A stretch of DNA of 64,000 bases from assembly GCA_022813865.1 (NCBI GenBank), contig JALDZX010000028.1, positions 186,001 to 250,000 of the forward strand, given 5' to 3'. Each line of letters begins with the position of its first letter. Position 1 is the stretch's first letter. The stretch comes from Xylographa opegraphella. Lineage: Eukaryota. The notes beneath the pieces are model-generated. The model saw only the letters and a list, made by a program, of their open reading frames with translations, searched no databases and had not been told where the DNA came from. Both the position numbers and the translations under genes were made by a program. Positions 38,062 through 50,156 of the stretch are shown here, one piece after another.

Positions 38062-38857
38062 ACAAGTCGCTGCATCTCCACGCCTCATATTCTCTCCTGT
38101 GTCTTCCTCACCATGATCCACCCAAGCTCGGCAGACCTTTCAGTTGACCTGGCAATTTCGTGACGGATGCAAGGATATGGAGTGGGCCATCGTGGAGGGG
38201 AGCGGTTGGGAGAGCGGCAGGCGAGAGAAGGAGCGAGAGGGCGGATGTGCATGTATTTTCACAGTTGCATACTTGAAACTAAGTAGCTGGCGCTCGGGAA
38301 TGATATGATTGCAGACACTCGAAGAACCATAGGGTTACGGCACTGGTGAGACGTGGTGCCACGATTCATGAATCATTAACTGCATTTGCCTCGTAAAATA
38401 CATGTGCCAAAAACTCAGGCGGCTACTGTACTGCATGCATGAGAAGTAGGGGCTCTACGTCGTTACACTTCGATCACTGGAGCAACATGATCGTATGTGA
38501 GTGTTCTCATAGTCGACAAGCAAACGGAATGCCACTTCCCAGCACGGTTTCAAGGCAACGGCGTACAGCTGGTAATTTTATTATTGAGTGTTACCGGAAT
38601 TGTCTACCTACGCAAAACAAGTAGCTCTGGTTTCGAGCTGCACAACATTGTCTTGGACTGGGTCAAGAATTTGTCGGGAAGCCCACGGCAGAAAGCAGAG
38701 ACAACAGAAGGATAACACGCAATTCCATATGTGAACGCCATGCATAATCGCATCACGGACCACCCAATGCAGGGAGACTCTCAATCGGGAAGAAGCAGTC
38801 ATAAAGGCACGCCGAGGCTGAAGTCATCACGATCTGTCAAGATCAGGTTATAAGCAA

Positions 38858-39606
38858 TCAACGACTGTTCATGTGTTAGTGGAGTGGTATGAAAATCGCT
38901 GAGCCCGAACCTTACTCCTCGGCCCATTCGTTCTCCCGACGGATCTGGTCTTCCTCCTCAGGTGTGAAATCGTTCTGGATATTAAATGTTTTTCGGATCT
39001 CTTCTGGCGATTTGCCCTTGATCATGTTCGCGACAGTCTTGCATCCAACGTCCAAAAGAGCCTTGATGTCGAGATAGTTGGCTGCCTGGAGGGTAGAAAC
39101 CTTGTTAGTCTAGTGACCGTATTGTGGCAAGAGGAGTAACATACCAGGATGATTTCGAAGAGCATCTCCTGATCTACCTGCATGAATTTCTGATCCCACT
39201 CCTCGATATCGGTAGTTTTCTTGCGGGAATCTGAGTCATCGTCGGCAGTCGCAGGCGGATCATTTCGGTGGTGTGTGCACCACTCTATGACCTTCTTCAA
39301 AACGGCCTCGTTGACCTATCGCTTTCATGAGCCGAACTTCAAATGATGTACTTCGTAGCACACATACATTAGCGATCGGGATCGCCTCTTCAGTTGTGGA
39401 CCCATCACTCATGTCCTCAAGTAGATTCCTTATCAGCATGGAGCGCTCTGCGACCTCCTTCTCTGTCTGACAGTCAGCGGCTGCCGATGTGGCCAGAAGG
39501 ATGAGGGACCATCATCCAATCAAAATGGAGAGGTAGATGGAGGCCAATCCTACATACCGACAGTCATCTCCACCCCGTCGGAGCTTTTAAGTGTAATTGT
39601 CGACAT
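38858..39606 (-). CDS. SKP1: SCF ubiquitin ligase subunit Skp1/SconC (5 exons)
   Basis: [11 protein letters not shown]..|EVAERSMLI..|[68 protein letters not shown]. Confidence 0.97.
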
Positions 39607-40578
39607 CTTGAGAATGTTGTTCTGATGAGTATGTAGCTGAGGAGTGAGATGTTGGTTTGGTATTGGAATTCAAGGATGTTGTTCTGGGAATAATGAGGAA
39701 GATGGAGATTTTGTGAGAAACGAGCCTTGGTTGCAAGGATTGCTGATGTTGGTAGAGGGAGCAGGCAATGTGGAGGATAAAGGACCTTCTTGAACGGACT
39801 GTTACGTGGATTATGACCTGCCCCAGGCAGGATGACACTCGCCCGCATTTGGTCAAGCGCGCTCCACACTAGCAGACTTCACGGTGGCCTGAATCATGAT
39901 AATAGAAGCAGTAGCAACACTGCAAACAGACTACAAATTTCACTACCTACCTTGGAGCTTTACCACCGAGCCATACATATGCATGCACAGAGAATATCCT
40001 GTGGGGGATCCCTCATTCCATATATGGTGGATATCGTCTAAGAATATAACCCTGACTGCTTCACGTACGATAGGGCTGAAATAGGGCGAGTGTTCTACTA
40101 CTTTCATGACCATGGGACAGCTAACACTCCATAGCAGGAGGGCAAAGTGTAACCAGCCGACATGCAATGAATGACCCCAGGCCTGCTCAGCAGAGTTATT
40201 CTTCTAAACCGAGGCAGAACTTGGGGGAAACACTATACGTATTTTGTAGACTCAAAGCGCGTGCCAAGTCGCGCGTCCTCCATCGCTCGTATTTATATTA
40301 CTCGTATCTAGGAAGGGTCTGAGAGAGGTCCTAGGTGGTGTGGGAATTCCGAGTCTCCTGACGCCCTCTCCCTCGTCCTGTGGGGTTCAGAACAATCCCT
40401 TTTGCGCATGGCCTTTTCAATAACTTTCCGGTTGGGCATACACTCGTTCGTAATTTCCCAAAACTTGGTTCGAGATCTTCTACCATGTCAGCAGCCGCAA
40501 TGCACACTCTCTCAAAATGCATAGAGGATTGTCTATATCATCGTAAGCTCTGCCACATGTACGTATCGTTTTGTGACG

Positions 40579-42410
40579 ATGTGGACGCGGATCTACCTGC
40601 TGTTCGGCTTGGTCCGCCTGTACTTTGCGCTCTCGCCAAGCTACATTCATCCTGATGAGAACTTTCAAGGGCCGGAGGTTGTTGCTGGTGAGTCAATTGC
40701 ACGTTCTTATCTTTTCTCGACTTGCTTCGATTCAGCGACGGATTTCTGTATGCGACCTACATACGAACGTGAGGTCTGTGAACTCATTGAATCGGTCTTG
40801 AATCTCTGCTCCCGCATGCACAAGAACCAGCTGACCCAATGCCTTGCAGGACGCATCTTCTCCTTCCCTCACCACTCAACATGGGAGTTCTCTCCCAGCG
40901 CGCCTACGCGCAGCGCCTTCCCTCTCCTCGGTGTTTACGGACTCCCCATGATCCTTCTCCGCTGGCTGTGGACCGAGACCGGCAACGAAATCGTGGCTCC
41001 CAAGATCATATACTACACCCTCCGTATCGTGATGTTCATCCTCTCCTTCGTGCTTGAAGATTGGGCCATATACGAGCTGGTGCACTCTCCTCGGCAGCGA
41101 CGGATTGCCGTGATCTTGGTGGCTTCAAGCTATGTAACCTGGACGTATCAGACGCATACCTTCTCGAATGCGGTCGAGACGCTGGTAGTGTTATGGACCT
41201 TGGTGCTGATAAGGCGGATCTTGGATAACAAGGCAGGTAGTCCGGGACAAGCGAAGCGGAAGCTACCATTGCTGACAGGTGGCAGCAACGTTCCTCGGTC
41301 TTCACTGCAGCGATACTCGGCTCTTTGGTCGTCTTCGGAGTCTTCAATCGCATCACTTTTCCTGCGTTTATCCTCTACCCCGGCGTTCTACTGGTTCCGC
41401 ACTTCTTTCGCAAGTACGTCTGCCCGTGTTCTCTCCACCTCCCAGTCACTGATTTCCATTTCCACTGTCACAGGCCCCTTACGCTTCTCTCCTTGGTCTG
41501 CTCCGCGCTCTTCACACTGTTCCTCGCCCTCCTCACCGACCATTACTTTTACACGCCTGATCTCCCCTATGCTTCCATCTTCAGCCTTCCCCCCACTCCC
41601 CTCCGCTCGCTGCTCTACAACCTCTCCCCGGGCAACCTCTCGCACCACGGCCTTCACCCACCCTACACACACTTCCTCCTCAACCTTCCGCTGCTCCTCG
41701 GCCCCGCCTTCATCCTCCTCATCAACCCTCCATATTCCCTTCACCTTCTCCCGCCGCTCTTCGCCACCATCATCCTCTCCCTAATCCCCCACCAGGAAGC
41801 CCGCTTCCTCCTCCCCGCCATCCCGCTCTTCCTCTCCGGGACACACCTTCCCCGCTCCCGCCGCGCCACCCGCATCTTCGTCGTCACGTGGGTAGTGTTC
41901 AACGCACTCATCGCCATCCTCATGGGCGTATACCACCAAGGCGGCGTCGTGCCCATGCAACTCCACCTCGGTTCTCTAGGCACCACCACCGTCACCCCCC
42001 GTCTCCTTCCCAACACCACAGTCCTCTGGTGGCGCACCTACAGCCCCCCGATCTGGCTTCTCGACGGCTCCACCCTGCAGACCGTCGACCTCATGGGCAC
42101 GCCTTTCCCGCAGCTCCTTTCCGCGATCGTGAACCACACCGGAAGCTGCGGCGCAGAAGCAAACGTGGCTTCGGCTGCGGGTAGTTTGCGAGACATCCTC
42201 GTTGTGGCGCCTCGCTCGAGTCGCGAGCTGGACCCGTACCGCACGGGGCTGGTGCCCGGGTGGCACTGGGACGAGGCGTGGACGGCGTGGCGCCATTTGA
42301 ACCTGGATGATATGGACTGGGGGGAGGATGGGGTGGCGTGGACGCTGGGGAGGGTGGTGGGCCGGAGGGGGCTGACGGCTTGGCGGGTGGGGAGGGAATG
42401 TGAGACGTGA
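40579..42410 (+). CDS. SMP3: GPI mannosyltransferase 4 Smp3/PIG-Z (GT22), 4 exons
   Basis: [80 protein letters not shown]. Confidence 0.93.
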
Positions 42411-42782
42411 AGAGAAGGTGGCAAGAGAGTGTATGATATTGTATAAAATTTTGGAGACTTCGAACGTTTGATTCGATGAGGATAGATATGGGATAATTAC
42501 GCTGGCAATGGTCGCGATGTATAGAGAATTGGTGGTTCAGGGTGGTGGGCTTGAGATTTACAGTCATCGGGGCCAGCAGACACTCATGCGGAATTCATCT
42601 GCAATCATGAAATGTTCATTCGAGTACTTCTCGGAGCATGCACACGACTTTAAATAATGTCCCGTATCCACACAATCTTGGTCACTGAATGACACGTCGA
42701 AGATCGCGATAGTATCCACCACGATACTTTACATCAGAAAGCTATGTGCGAGCCAGAAGGAACTGCCGAGACAGCAAGCAAT

Positions 42783-44428
42783 CTAAGCATCGTCCTCGTC
42801 CGGAGGCTGATCGAACAGGAAATTGGCGGCTAATTCTTCGTTCTTATCGCACGCGAAGTAGGCCTGGATGACGAGGTCGCGTTCGAAACCGAGGCGGCAT
42901 AGCTGTGCTTGTTAGCACTGGTCATTCTTATATCATTTATCAAGCTTACCCGTTCAATGGCCTCTCGTTCTTCCTCGGTAACGCTGACAGCTTGGGCTCC
43001 CGGTGGCAATGGCGCATCCTCGTCCGCATCCTCACTCAGCAGTTGAAGGAACTGGTCGGGATGTTGTCCAATCAACTGAGCAAGTTGGGGGTTTCCAGCA
43101 CCGACTTGTTGTAGGATAGGTTCGAGCATGCGAGGTTGCGTTTGTACGATCTGTCGGAGCTGCTGAAATTGCGGGTTGTTTCGAAGGAAGTCCAGATTGT
43201 TTGGTCCGCCGGCAGCCCCAGCAGCCCCAGTGCCAGCTCCAGGCGTCATCAATCCCTCTAGACCTGGTATTCCACCTCCTGGTTGTCTAGCTCCGCCTCG
43301 CCCTCCGGCTCCTGTTCGTCCAGCTTGTGCGGCCGCTTCAAAGAGGTTGATATTCTCCTCTCCGCCTTCAGCAAATGCCTCGGCTGGAGCAGGCGTTGTA
43401 GTATTTGTCGGAGCGACTGCTGCACCTCCTCCTAGAGGAGCTTGTCTCGGTGCGGCACGAGGCGCGGTTTCTTGTTGTATGTTTTCTGGGATACCCTGGA
43501 TCAAGGATTAGTTAGGCGAGAGCCTAGGGTTCTGTAAAACTTACGTTCAAGAGGTATTCGACGGCACGATCGGGATTATTAAACGCGGCGCGCATAGCTC
43601 GATCAATTTGTGACCTTTCAAACCCCATGCTTTCCAGATTCACAATAGCTGCAGTACGTTCCGCCCCAAGTGTTAACGCCGACGGATCATTAAAGCTGCC
43701 ACCTTCTGCTGTCGTACCGACTGTGGTCGCAGGCGCCGGTGTTGGTGTCGATGGTACTTCTGGAGCGGGATTTGAAACTGGTGCTGGGGCTGCTGGAGGT
43801 GCGGGCGTCGAAGCTACGGCGGGAGCTGGAGTCGATGGAGGTAGTGCTGAGGACGAGGCGGTGGTTGAGGGAGCAGGAGCGGTCTTGGGCTGTTTGGATG
43901 TCAGCCTTGCCGGCGTGTCGATGCCACAAGAAATGCATACCTTGGCTACCATACACACAATGAAGCCTTTCTCCTCAATCTTGTATGATTCGACAGTGTT
44001 TGTATCTTGGAGTATCTTGCCTGCAAGAACAGCAAGGATAAATAACGAAACTTTGATGCTGGGCGGATGCTGAGCGGCACCATAGGCGTGGATGGCTGGT
44101 GTGGTAGAAGGACGACATAAATTGCTGGAACTTACCAGAGTAGATGAGCTTCAGCAGACCTGCCTCCCATCCCTTTTCCGCAGAGATCTTTGCTTTCACA
44201 TCGCCGATCTGTACCATTATTTAGTCTCTCTCGATCCTGATGCACGGTACCTCAAGCCCTTCTCTACTTCGCCTCCAGGTGGGTAGGAAGTGCATACCGT
44301 TTCTGAAGGTTCAGCCTCTATCACAAACTTCTGCTGCTTCAGGTCCTGAAATCGCAAATGATAATCAGTAAAAGCACTTCCGTAGCCGCACGATGGTGGC
44401 GGTAGCAAACCTTGAAAGTGAGCTTCAT
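42783..44428 (-). CDS. RAD23: UV excision repair / ubiquitin receptor Rad23 (about 7 exons)
   Basis: UBL MKLTFK|DLKQQKF..KLIYS|GKIL; UBA1 [30 protein letters not shown]-binding [18 protein letters not shown]2 [27 protein letters not shown]. Confidence 0.97.
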
Positions 44429-46907
44429 TTTGCCCCGCAAACAAACGTTAAGGAGTTTGGGGTTATATCTGGAGATGTGGAGATCTATCCCTTTGGTGGA
44501 AGAAAAGGCGTGTGAGAGCAGTTATACCGACTGCCGTAAAACTCTGTGGATTCTGGAGACCTTAGGCACGTAGAGGGTGACGAAAAGGGTGACGAAGAGG
44601 GTGACACCTTGTGAAGGAGCTCTTTGAAAGGCTTAACAACTCCAGTCTCAACTCTAGCGGCTCGCGTAGGACCCAAATAAGCGCCACAGACGACTTCATG
44701 CTGGGGTGTTGCTTCGTGGTCCGTGCGGCACAGGGCCAATCTTTGTGGTTGTGGGTGCAGAGTCTGCGATGGAGTCGTGAACATTGGAGAATAAATAATG
44801 GACGGGAGTCTTCCTGATCGCTCTACCTCCAACCAGGATTCTCGAACAGATCGCCGCAGTTGTCACCGCGAGGCAACTTTTCAAACACCGCACATAATGA
44901 TACAAAGTCGAATGGCTCCGTCACAGCACCACTTCCATTACGGCTGGCTTGTTTTACCGAAGGCTGCATGATACGATCTTGCTATCCAGGAACGTGGAAT
45001 GTTCACGATCCAAGGGCAAAGCGGGTCCTTGCGCGATCTACGATCCATCTCAAGAACTATACATGGCAACTGCGCGGACACGGAGAACCGGACTTCAAGG
45101 GAGCAGAACAACAGGGTCATGACGTTTGCCGAAGGACGGCGACATTCCAGCGCTGCTGTGATGAAGAGCTCTTTACGCTGGACGCTACCACGGGTTATAT
45201 ATATCGTAGGGATTGCGAGGTGCATGCAAGAGAACAATTTAATAGGCATTGCAAACCCAAATATCAAATATTGGTCGACTTGGACGCGTTATCGGTCTTC
45301 GTCCCTGATCCACCACATTCAGCATTACCATCATGACGGAGATCTTGGTGACAGCGTCGTTCTAGGCGGTCAGGAGGCGACAATACTGGTCCTGGCTTGA
45401 AGGTAAGGGAGATTGTGGGAATCCGTGTCCTGAATTCCGGGCATGCCCGCCATGTCCGCTCCAAGCTGCAGCAGCCGGCCGTCATGCCTTGATCTCGCTG
45501 TAGAATCAGCAGCGTTGCACGGAATATTTGTGCGACGCTCGCGCACCGGCGAATCAGCCGAGGACGCTTTGTAATCGCCGTCGAGAACAATTGAATGACC
45601 GAGCCACGGTAGCTGCTCGAGCTACCATGGTCGGGCCAGATTGCGTCAAACGAACTAATGGCGCCTGTCATGAAACGGGGGCCCCACGAACAAGCTGCAT
45701 GGTCGAAGTTGACGTCTTCAAAGTTCAAGGGAAGCAGAATAATAATAGAAGTCGAAGACTACCTTACTATGTTGCTTGTGCCCTCGGTCCCAGTCCTAGC
45801 CCATCTTATTAGCCTACGCCGTGCCCGATGAGCAGATGTGCGCCCGCGTGGCAGCGAAGCGAGAAAACCCCCCACAAAAACTCTCTCGCTTCTGTTGAAC
45901 GTCACAGCTTCCACAGATACTAAAAGGTGTCTATCGACTTCTTCTCCCACTGACCGGCGCCCAGTCCCGGCCCTGGAACAGATGCTCCTCAAAACCGTGG
46001 CCGACTCTAGTATGTGTGATTGCACCCAGGAACCCAGCCTCGACGCTGCTCGGTACAAGCTGGTCCGTTTGATTGAAGCGGCTGACGCCTGGTCGCGTCT
46101 TTGCGCCCCTCATCCTTGCTGCCGGCCTCCCCCAAACGCGTCTTATAGGGTAAACATCGCGCATCTGCCATGGGTCGTTTGCCCTGGGCCCATGCATCAT
46201 GACCCGGATCTCCTCTTTCCCTGGTCAGGCCCGCCTTTGCTACCGCTCCCAATGCTCATCTCCGTCTATAAAGAACTGGCCGTCGAATCAAATGCCCTTT
46301 CCGTCGTTTAAGCTGGGTCCTGCCCATTGTGCGTGCCTTCAATGTCGTGTACTCTGCTTTTCAGCTCCTCTCCTGCATTTGCATTTCCAACTTCTGTCAC
46401 ACTACTAAGTACTCAGAAGGCTAATGTTGCACTGCATGGTAATCCTTGGTGTGGGACGGCACAACTGACTTCGGCCACATCCTGAGCAAGAAATTAAGTC
46501 GCGTCATCCCCGCTCGAGCAGCCTCTCACCAACGCGTGTACCTCGATTCGAGTACGACCATCTCGATGCTCTCGCATGTCCCACAGATCTCTCATACGTA
46601 TCTCGAACCTCTTGTCTGTCAATTGGCTCCCAAGAGACCACCGTGGGGACTTGGTATCTGGATAACGACCTGTACCTGCAAGCACTATTATTAATATCCG
46701 AATTGCAGTCTTCTCGCACAAACCACACTCGTCCGTAATTGAAGGGTCAGCATGAAGTGGGAAGACTGAAGCCTATGCTTAGGACCATAGGGTTGTCCTG
46801 GAGTCGAAAACAAATACAAAAGAAACAACTTGTATGAGCAAAAGGACAGACAGGAAGCGATAGTTGCGGGGCATAGCCAGGTCACGACAACCATAAGAAC
46901 AATCGCC

Positions 46908-48500
46908 ATGTCTTACGTTATGTGGCTCAAGGTGGTCGGGTCCGTTTCTACTATCTTGACGGGAGCCTCGACCGTGCTCCTCTTTGTCCTCGGCCTCACC
47001 TTCGCCCTCGACCACCAGTCAATTTGCATAGTAGCAATCGCAGCCGCCTGTTTACAAGCAGTCTCCGTCATCGTTCTGGTCTACCTCCTATACCGAACCG
47101 TACGTGAGGCTTCTTATACCAGAGGTCACCCAAGAGAAGGGTCTTGTCGGCCAAGGCAGAACGCTGATACTCTACTGGGTCTTGGGCTTCTGATCTTGGC
47201 TGGAGCAGCGTCTATTGGGACCTTTGTCTGGATGAAGATGCTCATTCCCGGTCTGTCCAAATTCTTCTCGGGTAAGGAAGCCTCTGTGATACTCGCGTGC
47301 TCCGTCGTTGTGTGGATCTTGTCAGCAATATCACAACTGATATACTATATCATGCTGCTCAAAAGCCGAACGAGACCAACACTGTCTGCCTTGCCAGCCC
47401 CAATTCCACTAGCTGGTGACCTGCTTGATTCTGCAGACGAAACTCGTCCGGGTACTGCACGCACTCTTAGGGCTAGCCCACCGGCCTCCCCTCACATCTC
47501 CCCGAAGCGATCCTCGTTACGGTCTTCTCTTACCATTGCTATTCGTCCTTCGAGCTCGAAGACCAAGCTCGTTTCGTGCCAATCTTCCTACCCGACCTCA
47601 ATAACTACCACACGTGCTTCCACCGACTCGGCATTCGATTCGTGGGACACATCGTCGATATCTCCTCAGATGCGGGAAACAGTGCTGAGATCCTCTCCGG
47701 CATTGCCTCGGAATCCCCTCTCCCCCATCCCTGGGTCGCGATCTCCTTCACCAGCAAAGGCTCTCGAAGGACCATTTCTTCCTTCCCCTCCTCAAACAAG
47801 GCCGTCGACAGCACGATCACAACCGTCCTCGCCACCACCAGCTTTCAATAATTCCTATTTTACGCAGCAACTGTTGCTCTCTTCTCACTCGCAACCAAAT
47901 TCTCCGGCGGTTGACAGCCCGGTGACGTTTTACTCTTATAACAATTTCTCCCGCCCTTCCATCCTTCGTGGACGTTCTTCCACCGAGTCCCTCCCTCGTG
48001 TAGCACGAGCGCGATCAGCTTCTGCGAATGCACACCCCAGTATTACAAATGAAGATCACATCCATCCACTATTTCGCAGCAATTCTCCTACCCCCCCACC
48101 TTCCGCCACACCAGGTACAATTGTGACGGCAGCTCCAGGAAGTTTTTCTGGACTATTGATCCATGAGCGGATGGTGAGGAGAATGCGGAGTGGAAGTCTC
48201 CCGACTAGCCCGAGTCCGCTGGCAGTTGGCACGGGATATTTCTTTCCGGAGGACATGCCAGTCCGAAGTCCAAGTCAAGGAGTGGCCGACAGCGACCGAC
48301 CAACTGCCCGTGATGAACGTACAGAGGGAAATGATGATGAAATGATGCGCCGCAAGATTGAGGAGGGAATGGACCGGAAGATGACCCCACCTATTCCTGA
48401 TTTTATTCTATCTGTGGCAAGAAGTGACTCGAACGCTTATGGGAGGCGGAAGTTACAAGATGGCGGTGGAGCCTCGGATGGACACGACGATGGATCATGA
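46908..48500 (+). CDS. Conserved fungal hypothetical protein: 4 N-terminal TM segments and a long S/P-rich tail
   Basis: Single long ORF; motifs DSAFDSWDTS, ALEGPF, EDHIHPLFRSNSPTPPPSATPGTIVTAAP, MTPPIPDFIL typical of a Pezizomycotina hypothetical family. Confidence 0.8.
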   Translation: MSYVMWLKVVGSVSTILTGASTVLLFVLGLTFALDHQSICIVAIAAACLQAVSVIVLVYLLYRTVREASYTRGHPREGSCRPRQNADTLLGLGLLILAGAASIGTFVWMKMLIPGLSKFFSGKEASVILACSVVVWILSAISQLIYYIMLLKSRTRPTLSALPAPIPLAGDLLDSADETRPGTARTLRASPPASPHISPKRSSLRSSLTIAIRPSSSKTKLVSCQSSYPTSITTTRASTDSAFDSWDTSSISPQMRETVLRSSPALPRNPLSPIPGSRSPSPAKALEGPFLPSPPQTRPSTARSQPSSPPPAFNNSYFTQQLLLSSHSQPNSPAVDSPVTFYSYNNFSRPSILRGRSSTESLPRVARARSASANAHPSITNEDHIHPLFRSNSPTPPPSATPGTIVTAAPGSFSGLLIHERMVRRMRSGSLPTSPSPLAVGTGYFFPEDMPVRSPSQGVADSDRPTARDERTEGNDDEMMRRKIEEGMDRKMTPPIPDFILSVARSDSNAYGRRKLQDGGGASDGHDDGS

Positions 48501-50156
48501 TATTTGGTAGACACTGGTGACTGAAGGACTTGGTCCGAAGAAGCAGACACCGCATCTCTTTCATTCTGCCTATAATGGCGGAGGTCCCACGTTTGCCACA
48601 TATTGTAACAAAGTGCACTCCTTCGGGTACACTTCCAACGTCTCAACTGGGAGGGCAGTTGGGATCTATGACACTGCGTGACATCCATACTCTTTACGGC
48701 CTCTCACGAACTGCTTGATCGATGGCCAGCGGGTGTGCAGAGTTCCAAAAGCGCCTGCGAAAAAGGGATATGCTGCGCTCAAGGGATGGACAGATCTGCG
48801 AGACGAATCGAATGTCTGATTGCATACGAGACCACTAACGGCAGATATTCACACTCCTGAGTAGCGTATAATATAGTGACGAATGAATGAGGATTCAGTC
48901 CAATGCAACGCTTCCGTCGTGTTCGTGTGGAAGCCTGCATATGCGCTAAGCATATACCTCCTACAGATATCCACTTCCTCGTACGACCGCCCAAGAATCC
49001 CCGCACCTTAATCCCCTCAATCGTCACCACCGGCGGCACCGGCATTGGCAGCACTCGTCGACATCGGCCTCTTTCCAGCTCCCCACCCGTCAGACACTGC
49101 TCTCGCTCTTTCCTCGAATATCCCAGCACGACCCTTTCTCCTCCTCTTGCCCTCCCATGCCCCTCTATTTTTTCCACCCCCTCGTTCTCAAACTTCGTCC
49201 TTCTCGCCATACAACTCCTCCACTCCCTCACAACCCCCAGCTTCCCAAACGCCCCACTCTCCCAACCTGCCTTCCATAGACAAACTCCCGCCGTTGCCCC
49301 CCCCCCTCACCCTTCCACACCCTTCCACACCCGCTGCCCATCCCCATCCCCGTCCCCGTCTCCACCACCCACACGAGCCCCGTTGCACTATCGCAACCCG
49401 CTCGCTGCGGCGATCGGGGGCGCAGGCGGGGAGCATGGCCGCTGAGGGAGGTTCGGTGTGAGCGGTGCGGCGAGCCAGGAGTGAAGGAAGCCACTGTGCG
49501 GTGCGGTGTGCATGGTTGTTGGTCGGTCGTGGGGTGGAAGTGTAGCGGGTGGGGATAAAGGGAGGGTAGGAGGTGGGATGTGGGGTGGTGGGTGGTGGGT
49601 CAGTGAATGTCGGGGAAGGGGTACGGGGCGCAGATGTCTAGGGGGGTTGGTGGGGGGAGATGCGTACTGGAGGGGAGCCCAAGGTACATGTGGAAGGTGG
49701 AAGAGGGACTGGCTGGCGCTGGGGCTTGATGTAGGGGGAGGGAGAAGAAGAGGGAGGAGGATGGGGTGGGCCCAGGGCGCGCGGGGCGGTGCTATAGTGT
49801 GCTTGCAGTCGAAGGGATGGAGGCGCAGCTCAGCAAGAAGAGGGTGGGAGGACGGTAAGAGGGTCGGGACAGCGAGAGCTGCTTGAGCGGCACGCCGTGA
49901 AGGGAGTGGTGGCGGGGCTTGAGGGGGTGAATAGTGGAGGGGTGGTTGTCAAGGGGTATGTCCAGACATGGAGACAACAGACAACAGGAATAGTGGAGCG
50001 GTAGTTATGAAAGATATAATTTCGGGCATGGAGACAACATGCCGGCAGGCGAGAAGGTCGTTCGGAGAGAAAAGTAATGGGATGTACAATTTGATGTTTT
50101 TTGCCGTCAGACTACTTTACCGCGCGTATCGCAATTTCCACCGAATCATCATATCC

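Noticed and set aside
44860..46400. Several 100-158 aa ORFs between RAD23 and the membrane protein gene
   Set aside because: They overlap on both strands with no recognisable domain or coherent splice model.
49460..49500. CCAGGAGTGAAGGAAGCC resembling SRP RNA helix 8
   Set aside because: Lacks the paired GNRA stem, the Alu-like 5' motif and a poly-T terminator.
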